Positions 54,540-64,000 of a stretch of DNA of 64,000 bases are shown here, piece after piece (position 1 is the first letter of the stretch; the number at the start of each line of letters is the position of its first letter). This DNA comes from Eledone cirrhosa (taxonomy: Eukaryota). The translations under genes and the position numbers were made by a program. The stretch lies in NCBI GenBank assembly GCA_964016885.1, contig OZ024740.1:346766001-346830000 (forward strand), read 5' to 3'. The notes under the pieces are model-generated. The model made no database searches and had not been told where the DNA came from. It saw only the letters and a list, made by a program, of their open reading frames with translations.

Positions 54540-56054
54540 ATGAAACAAAAACAAAGAGCGCTTACATTATCAATTAATCTTTATTTGCTTACAGTGTTTC
54601 GTCCTTGCATAAATGCAGGACCCATCAGAGTGTTTTAAAGAAGAATTAGATCAATAGTATAAACTCTACCGACCTATATCACAAGAACGATCCATATGTA
54701 GCACAGTGGACTAAGAAGAGTGGGGTGCTTGGACGACGCGTCACCGCTAGAAGGGCTACTGCCTCCTGAAAAATATAGTCTACGCTTGTCACCTTACAAC
54801 ACCTACCTCTAGCAAAACCTACATTGGCTCAACATCCACCTCGTTTAAAACGAGATACAACTCACATAGTAGCACCTTTAGACATGATAGGCTTAAGAAT
54901 ACAAACTCGTTGGCAGGCTATATTTCCGTTTTAAAAAAACCCGCCACCTCCTATACTCTTAATTGGAGACAGGTGGCTAAGTCTGCACCCTATCGCCCAC
55001 CGAGAAAAATGTGTAACCTGTGCCTTCTGGAATCTCAAGCCATAGTTTACTCCAGACAAAACCTGCTCAATAGGAAATCTGAGATATTTTCCTCCTGTCC
55101 GCACATAATCCTAAGTTCTGTCTTCTATGTTAACTCGAGTGTCTAGATAAGCCGTTCTTAACTTAGGTTATTTTCTTTTTCTTTAGCACTCATTTATCTT
55201 TTTCTTTAGCACTCATTTATCTCTTAAACTTGCATACCCCTTAATGGACCCGCACCCAACTAGTATGAGGAATGGTACATTTTAGTGTGGTAAGTTCACC
55301 CTGCGTTCATAGAGATCAATTAACGTAGGAATACTGATAACAACAGTAGTATATATATGGGTCCCAAAAGGATTGCTCCCATAGCAGACTCATTGATTAT
55401 TACTGTCTCGTGCTATGAGTGAAACCGACATTGATGCCATAACCGGCCTCATACAACTCACACCGGGCGGGGAGGGGGGGATTCGATATTGCGTTAATTG
55501 TCTCTGGCGGGTTTGGCCAAAATGGGTACAATCTAGAGTTGTCCCCCTCATCGCGGAATGATTTAATCTGTATCTTCGTAAATAGACGGCCAGACTGACC
55601 TCCTTTATCCATCCCACAAGGGAATGGCCAGCCTGCTCGAAATGTTTACCACGTCATCATATTCTGAGTGTTGATCTTTGAATGTGGGCAAAGTGAAGAA
55701 CACAGAAGCGCTGGAACGCTGTAAACACTGGAATTAAACGGTCAATTGATTTGATTTAATTAATTAAATTAAAACATATTGGATTACCATTGTACCAGGT
55801 TGGAATATAGTAAGCGATACTGCGGATGCGCCGAATGTACCTCGCAGCTTGATATGTATAATTACATCTATACTTATATGACTTGGATAATTTAAATCAT
55901 TCGTTACACCACGTGGTATGCTGGGAAACTTAGGATTGCATGGATTCACAACCCCACAGCTATGATGCAGAGGTATTGATCCCAGCATGAGACTGGAGTG
56001 GATGGTATTGTAATCGTAAGGGGTAACACGGGCGAATGGAACACGTAGATCATG

Positions 56055-56085
<31 letters not shown>

Positions 56086-56927
56086 GGTTGTGTGCGTATG
56101 TACGTAGGTATATGTAGACATACACACAAACACACACACGCAAACGTTATATTCTATTGATATCCATGATGATTGCTTTCACCTGCTTCCACTACGCTTT
56201 GCTTTAACGACATATATGTCTTGTGAACCACACATATACATTGCATTTGAACGCCACCTATCACACGTGTTGCCATACTGTGATGGATACATGGAATTCC
56301 ACTATATGATCGCTTCATCTGGCTCCCGCTATATCTGACTCTGGCTACATCATTCACTTTCGTTGATATTATTCTTAAACTGTCACCCCTGAAATCCTTT
56401 ACTGTATACAACTACATTTATTTGCATTTATTTGCATTGCTTATATAATGTGTTATCTTTTATGTTTCATTATTTTTATCACCTCCTATTTTTATTCTCA
56501 TATTTTATTCTCATTTTTATTTTTATTATTTTTTATTATTTTTTTTATACTTTTTTTATATTTTCTTATATTATCATCACTTTATTGATATCTTTATTTT
56601 ATCCTTACTTCTAGACTCTACCCTTTACGTTTTATCTCTTATCTTTAATTTCCTTATCTTTTATTTTTCCTCATCTTTAATTATTGTAACTGATTTTGGT
56701 CTTATATGTATCGACTTCTAGCGGTGACGCGTCGTCCAAACACCCCACTCTTCTTAGTCCTCTGTGCTACATATGGATCCTTCTTGTGATATAGGGCGGT
56801 AGAGTTTATACTATTGATCTAAATCCTCTTTATAACGTCTGATGAGTCCTGCAATTATGCAAGGACGAAAGACTGTCAGCAAATAAAGATTAATTGATGA
56901 TGTAAGCGCTCTTTGTTTTTGTTTCAT
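54540..56927 (+). mobile_element. 5'-truncated PLE family P2: inverted pLTR (54540-54753), GIY-YIG fragment (~54755-55146), long 3' region, pLTR (56715-56927)
   Basis: NIVYAC..KTYIGST..FKTRYNSH..FRH..LAGYI..LK..W..SAPY..KMCNLCLLE..LLNRKSEI.S.CPH; ~214 bp terminal inverted repeat containing CTGATGA gtcc..ggac GAAA ..GTC (56839-56877). Confidence 0.85.
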
Positions 56928-57024
56928 ATAACGGCTCTGTTTTCAAGCATTGAGTTAATTAAATACTGTCATAAATTCGACAGGACGCCTGTATCTTATA
57001 CACACGTTCTGTTGTCTAAACATA

Positions 57025-57103
<79 letters not shown>

Positions 57104-57501
57104 AAAAGAGTCAGGACCCCAACGGCTGAGCTCCGGCCTTTTCGACAGCTAGATGCTAGATCTATATTTATAAAAAATTTAGATGAATAACTTAATCTTA
57201 AATCATTTTCATTTCTCACACGTTTGCAGTTTGTTATACATCTCTGAAAATGGAGATATACAAATCATATTTGTATATCATTTTATATGTATAGATCTTG
57301 ATTATACGAAATTCACCTAACATATTTCGAATAATATTATATAAGGATTTAAAAAGTATTTTAAAGCTATTTTCCCTCTATATATTTGATTATATTTACT
57401 CTAGGTTTTAGTCTGCTTTTCCAAAATATACACACTGAATATATACGATTATATATAATCATCTACATCCATTTGTTCTTTGTATACTTATTTTTAATTT
57501 A

Positions 57502-57593
<92 letters not shown>

Positions 57594-57869
57594 TCCTGAG
57601 AGGCAATCCAGCTGCGTCACTTTATTTTCAAATATATACTGGAAAACGTGAGACAATCTGATTGCCTCACCAACAGGATTTAAACCCTTCAATATACTCA
57701 GTTTACAGATTATCGTTCATCGGATACGATCCTGATTTCTAGTTCTCCTGGTCATGGCACTGCAGACATTCAATATTTACACAAATACACACATCGGCAC
57801 CCCTCCCCCCACCCGAACACACACCCCACCCCAGCCACACCCCACACACCCGCGCGAGCACACACACAC

Positions 57870-57902
<33 letters not shown>

Positions 57903-58452
57903 TAGTAATATATAGTAATATATAGTAACAATATACACACATACATACCAACTACAGCACAAAAACACCTCAATGAAAATGACATATCCAACTCTATCAC
58001 GTGCTTTGATTTACACCTTACATAACAAATACCTACATTATCACCACATGCCTCTCTAACAAATTGCACACTAGCTTAAACATTTATAACAATTATAACA
58101 TACTTTAACACCCCACATAAAATATGTTTATTTCAATTGCATTATAACTCTTTCCTCATACATACCTTATTGACCGTATTGACTCCTGCATTGTACACCA
58201 ATTTTCCTTGCTTATAACTTTTTTTGCCTGTGTTTTTTTTGCTTGTGATTTTTTGCTTGTGATGTTTTTGGTTGTGCCTTTTACTTATACCTATTACACT
58301 TTGAACCAGAGCTGCCTACAATTGTGTTCTTTCAAGCAGAACAGCTTTTTCACTCCTGACTCTCCACATGATGCCTATGACGTTAACAACAATTATGTTC
58401 CCTAAATGTTCTAAATGACTAGGATTTTAGTAACCTGTTTCGACGTTCCTTA

Positions 58453-58499
58453 TGCTCCGATGAATCCAGACTTACCTCTGTAAGAAACAATTGTCAGCA
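58453..58499 (+). ncRNA. Hammerhead-like motif with CCGAUGA core
   Basis: tgct CCGATGA atccaga-cttacc-tctgtaa GAAA CAATT GTC agca then AATAAA. Confidence 0.6.
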
Positions 58500-58537
58500 A
58501 ATAAATGTACTAAACTAAAATTTGATCGTTTTAACAC

Positions 58538-58631
<94 letters not shown>

Positions 58632-58800
58632 AATTAATAAAATTGATTTATCTACATATATATATATATATTACATTTATCGTTTTTCGGTGCGCCCGGC
58701 CGACTAAACTCACTCAATATGCAAATTAGGCTGCTCAGCCGTTAATATGCATAAGGAAAGTATAAACTTTCAGACGTTCAATTATTTGGCAGGAAGGTAT

Positions 58801-58843
58801 ACGATGCTGACGATAGCTAATAAGCTTGAAACTAGTATATCGT
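58801..58843 (+). ncRNA. Minimal type I hammerhead ribozyme (family B)
   Basis: acgatg CTGACGA tagctaataagctt GAAA CTAG TA tatcgt. Confidence 0.88.
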
Positions 58844-59232
58844 TCCTTTGTCAGTGTTGAACAAAAGGGCAACGATGGTTGCTAAACACTGTACGGCTTA
58901 ATTCGGGCTGTTGGTTTACAAACAAACCGAACATTATAATAAATGTTCGGTAAACCGATACGTGCATATATATATGTGTACATGTATATACATATATACA
59001 TACTACTGTACGTCTGTATACATATATGTATGTACGTATACATACATACTTACATTTAAGTAACTGCCGTACTAAGAGTGAGAAATGAAATTTCGTTTCA
59101 TTTTTCCATTTATCGTTTTCGTTGCGCCCGGCCGACTAAACTCACTCCATATGCAAATTAGGCTGCTCAGCCGTTAATATGCATAAGGAAAGTATATATT
59201 TTCAGACGTTCAATTATCTGGTAGGAAGGTAT

Positions 59233-59275
59233 ACGATGCTGACGATAGCTAATAAGCTTGAAACTAGTACATCGT
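59233..59275 (+). ncRNA. Minimal type I hammerhead ribozyme (family B)
   Basis: acgatg CTGACGA tagctaataagctt GAAA CTAG TA catcgt; perfect 6 bp stem I. Confidence 0.9.
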
Positions 59276-59729
59276 TCCTTTGTCAGTGTTGAACAAAAGG
59301 GCAACGATTGTTGCTAAACACTGTACGGCTTAATTCGGGCTGTTTGTTTACAAACAAACCGAACATTATAATAAATGTTCGGTAAATCGATACGTACATA
59401 TATATGTGTACATGTATGTATATATATATATACATACTACTGTACGTCTGTATACATATATGTATGTACGTATACATACACATTTACAAATATATATATA
59501 TATATATATAACCATAGGTGAAGCAGATAGCGTTGTATTATTGATAAATATTCTTAAAGACTCCTACTGGATTTTCAACTTATTTCCAGCTGAATTAATC
59601 ATACAAATATCAAATATACTGAAGCGAAAACCAGCCTGAACCAAACAGTGAGTGTGTGTTTAATATACTGTCTATATATCTCACAATGACCCTCCCCAAA
59701 TATAACAATATATATATATATATATATAT

Positions 59730-60873
59730 AAACGTTTGAATATGTGTAATAAAGCCAAAACAATGCAGGTATGGACATAGAAAAAAGAATGCAATTGTAA
59801 AAGATATTGTTGACAATTCGTCCTTTACCTTAAATTTATTTAAATGTCCTTAATTTTCGAGATAATATCTCTTCTTCAGAGGGAAATAAAGGTCTCAAAC
59901 CAGCGTTCTAAATATCTAGCCAAGCCATGCTGACAGGAAATAGTATAGAGTATCTGTTCTATCTCTAATATCAAAGAGTTAAAATTAGGTGGATAAAGAG
60001 TAGTCTCCCTTTAAAAGGGGTTTGATTAGGGTTTTTTTAATTTTGATTATATATACATGCCTGTATAAGTGTGTGGGAGAATGCATGAAGGTGTAAGTAT
60101 GTGAGTGTGTGTGTGTGAGTGTGAGAAGATAAGTCTATTCGTAAATGTGGTGGGGGGTAGGTGTTATCAGGTGTTAGAAACCTCGGCAATCTTAGAATTA
60201 AGGAAGCACTAATTATAGATAAAACACAACCACCAATCAATAATAGACTAGAACTCAACACCCAATTTATATCCTGATAGGGCCTCTAGACCCATATTTA
60301 CACACACCCCCACACACACACGCACGCGTACACACACACGCTTACACCTCCACTTATTCTCTCTCACACATACACACACTAAACCAGTTCTAACACCAGA
60401 TAACACCTAACCCCCACATTTACGAGTAGACTTATCTTCTCACACTCACACACACTCACATACTTACACCTTCATGCATTCTCCCACACACTTATACAGG
60501 CATGTATATATAATAAAAATTAAAAAAACCCTAAACAAACCCCTTTTAAAGGGAGACTGCTCTTTATCCACCTAATTTTAACTCTTTGATATTAGAGATA
60601 GAACAGATACTCTATACTATTTCCTGTCAGCATGGCTTGGCTAGATATTTAGAACGCTGGTTTGAGACCTTTATTTCCCTCTGAAGAAGAGATATTATCT
60701 CGAAAATTAAGGACATTTAAATAAATTTAAGGTAAATGACGAATTGTCAACAATATCTTTTACAATTGCATTCTTTTTTCTATGTCCATACCTGCATTGT
60801 TTTGGCTTTATTACACATATTCAAACGTTTATACCTCATTACACAATGCTTCAAGAGAACTATAACCTCCTCC
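59730..60873 (+). mobile_element. Extremely truncated PLE family P3: inverted pLTR (59730-60179), last 32 codons of GIY-YIG, pLTR (60388-60873)
   Basis: ~450 bp inverted arms; spacer encodes NLGNLRIKEALIIDKTQPPINNRLELNTQFIS* (60179-60277); hammerhead-like cct CTGAAGA agagat-att-atctc GAAA AT TA agg at 60678-60712 and inverted at 59848-59882. Confidence 0.83.
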
Positions 60874-62927
60874 ATATATATATATATATATATATAAACA
60901 CAAATACACACACACACACACACACACAAACATACATATATGTGTGTGTGCATGTCTGTGTCTGTAGGGAAGAAGCGATGCATAGTGCGCTATCTTAATT
61001 ATTTGACCACACATATATAAGAACCCACATGACAAATTGTTTCGTTGACAATTAAATAGTTTTCTCAATTTGGCCGTTAAAGAAAACGAATGTCTAACAA
61101 TAGGCATGGTTCCAATTTCAATAAAATCCTCCTGTGTAATTGTTACCATTCATTACAATCTATTCCCCATTTTCTTATCAACATAACTATTTTCTACAGA
61201 ATTTATTCTGTCGCTCACTTTCTTACAGATCAACTATTGTCTTATAATGTAAGTGTGGAATCATCATACCTGTACTAATTGTTCGCATTTCTTTTTGTTT
61301 AATTTTATTCTCAATGTATTTTATTTTATGACACTCTAGCAATATGTCTTAACATCGCACGTCTTTTATATTTACTAGTGATTCCATTCATATCACCTCC
61401 CCTTTTACCCAACGCATCACATTAATTGTTCAATTCACAGATATCAATTGTGTAATAGTTTTAGAAATTGCTTGTGATCTTTTGGTCTATGTAAGTTCTT
61501 TTATGCACTTATCCAATAAAAGTAAAATACAATTTCAGATATAAGAAATGAGTGTGCAAAAGAATTGTGCATATTTTCTGGTAATTCTTTCTTTATATTT
61601 GTGTGTATTTTTGTTGTCAGCCTTTTCAAATTTTATTTGTTTTAATTCCTTCTTTCGGTTTAATTTCTACTTACGTGTTTTAGAAAACATTCAAATACCT
61701 TTTGCTAAGATTTGCGGTTTGGAATTATCTCTCCCTGTCTAATGGTTCGTTTTCTCTTGAACAGATATCAATTCTTTCATACCGACATAGTGAATAAGGG
61801 AATTTACGTGACAACTACCATGTGTAAATGAATCAATTAAACATCGTGATCAAAACCCCTTGCACATCTGACTCTTAGATGATTAATTGCAGAAATAAAT
61901 TAGAAAGCAAACGGACATTCAACACACTATTACAAAAGAGAACCTATTATAATACACTTCACTGCCTTTCTTCAATTTCCCTGTATAATGTGAAAGTTGT
62001 TAATACAAATGAAACAATCTGTCATGCACCGTTTGTTGGTCCTTGTAGTAGAAGTTTCAGTTTATTTCAAATCCCTTCTATTATGAGTTAAAATAATTCC
62101 ATAACATATTTGTGCGAAAACAAATTATGTTTGGTGACTGACAAACGTACATTTAAAAAGGAAGTCCGTTAGGTTATATATGTTTGCATGTGTATTTGTA
62201 TGCTTGTGCATGAATAAGTATATATATATAAATATGTATGCATGCATGCTGCCGTAACTCCTGGGGGATTTGTAGAGACGCCAAACTACTGTATGTATCA
62301 GGGTGGTCCTTAGCAATAGGTAATTTTCCGGAATTTAATATTTTGTTGCTCCCACCCTCTATCCATGTTTCCATCAACAGAGAAACGGGGTGTACAAACT
62401 TTCAGCTCTATCAGATAATGGTTAGGCGACCCTCAAACACCTTGAAGCTGGAGCATAGTATACGCAACGATTAATTCTGTTGAAAAGCGGTATACTGTTC
62501 CCTATCTCGCCCATTTTCAAACGCGCCAATTCATATTCGTTCACTGTTTATCACTAACGTATATTTCTTAATATTTTATTTCTCTACACTACTATTAGGT
62601 GCAGTAAAATTCTTTCAACGGAAAAAAACGCAACTCACAACATCACTTGCTCTCGACTGGTTATCCTCTACTTTCTCTCCTTTTCTTCATGCTCTCCTTC
62701 CTCTCCATTCATCCTTACTCTCCTTGCTCTACTTGGTCTCATTTTCTCATTGTTCTCCTTTTCTCCTTCCTATCCTTGCTCTCCCTTTACCCTTGCTCTG
62801 TTGTTCTCCTTCGTCTCCTTGCTCTTCTTCCTCTCCCTTTCTCCTTGTATCTATGTACTTGTTTATACACAAATACAATGAGAAAAGGGGACCAAGGAGA
62901 AATATGAAATCAAAGCTAGTAAGGAGA

Positions 62928-62994
<67 letters not shown>

Positions 62995-63080
62995 GGAGGT
63001 GAGTTTTATTGTAGCACAATAAAGCAATGCAAATATCGGATAAGAAGCACTCTACAATTTGTAGGACTGGAGTATAAATA

Positions 63081-63368
63081 ATATAAGATCAAAAGATGGT
63101 TAAAAGAGTTCCAAGTATTTTATTATGCGCATTTCAAAAACAAATATCATCATGGGATGATATCTGCGTTCTCATCAGATAAAATAGGGATACATGTTAT
63201 GAAGCTTAAAAAACACTTGTGAATAGTGAAGTTTTAAATCAACATATATGTTGATTTAAAACTTCACTATTCAGAAGTGTTTTTTAAGCTACATATCATC
63301 CCATGATGATATTTGTTTTTGAAATGCGCATAATAAAATAATTGGAACTCTTTTAACCATCTTTTGAT

Positions 63369-63375
<7 letters not shown>
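63081..63375. mobile_element. Palindromic fold-back element centred on AACATATATGTT (63241-63252)
   Basis: Near-perfect inverted arms, right arm with a ~40 bp deletion; (TA)n on the right. Confidence 0.87.
63116..63186 (-). ncRNA. Type I hammerhead ribozyme with long stem II
   Basis: Minus strand: tattttat CTGATGA gaacgcagatatcatc-ccat-gatgatatttgttttt GAAA TGCGCA TA ataaaata; 8 bp stem I, palindromic stem III. Confidence 0.88.
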
Positions 63376-63414
<39 letters not shown>

Positions 63415-64000
63415 AAATTAAGATAAATTAAATGAATTTAATCTAAATCGAAATTGTGGGTGTCATGTCATAACGGCATGCGCCATATCGCCTGGAAATA
63501 AGCTCAAAGACATATCCGAGCATTTTATAATAACTAGAAATTGATTAACATATAAATATACATGAATAATCACAGGAGATAATTATCTCCTGTGATTATT
63601 CATGGCGTCCAACCCGCTACCGATACTGCCAATTCACCGCCCTTGTGTTTTTATATAATATCACCCACACAGGCAGGTGGTTGGTATATTTATGTACCCC
63701 CTCACGACCTTACTTATCTATTTAGGTTCATGTGCGCATATTTGCATTTCAACGCTCACCACTATATCTACTTCTGTTGTCTCGTCCGACTATACCAGGA
63801 AGGTCAAATTCCAGAGAGCAAAAAAGTATAAAGAAAACGAATTCCAGAACTTTATTTACTAATATATTTGGCCATATGCTGTGCTACGCAGTCGTGCCAT
63901 TATCTAATTGGGCAATGTCAGCAGGCAATCACGCGAACAGCCAATCAGCATAATATGTTACTGTCATGTTGCTATTGCAAACTATAAATTGAGTAACCAA

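Larger units (their letters stand above)
58675..59485 (+). mobile_element. Tandem 1.9-mer of a 432 nt hammerhead-bearing unit (family B; retrozyme-like)
   Basis: Near-identical units with period 432; no ORF; (TA)n flanks. Confidence 0.9.

Noticed and set aside
57700-57730. Minus-strand CCGATGA as another hammerhead
   Set aside because: No stem II, GAAA or stem III at a suitable distance

Overview
This is AT-rich, microsatellite-dense eukaryotic DNA with no recognisable host gene. The repeat spectrum suggests an invertebrate, possibly an octopod mollusc, but that is inference. Most of the window is transposon-derived: two near-full-length Tx1-clade LINEs plus a chimeric third and a 3' fragment, a 5'-truncated R4/Dong LINE with an open ORF flanked by (TAA)n, RTE and mariner relics, two non-autonomous Helitrons, SINE pieces and several Penelope-like element (PLE) fragments with C-terminal GIY-YIG. 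The main hidden signal is RNA structure. I count about 20 complete or degenerate minimal type I hammerhead ribozyme motifs in about 10 sequence families, plus half-motifs. They sit in PLE pseudo-LTRs and in non-coding 408-593 nt tandem or fold-back units embedded in (TA)n tracts, i.e. retrozyme-like candidate circular-RNA elements, and include a covariant U3-A8 core and a recurrent CCGAUGA core. Most short ORFs in the supplied track are microsatellite or antisense artefacts. All alignments and folds were done by eye, so boundaries are approximate.
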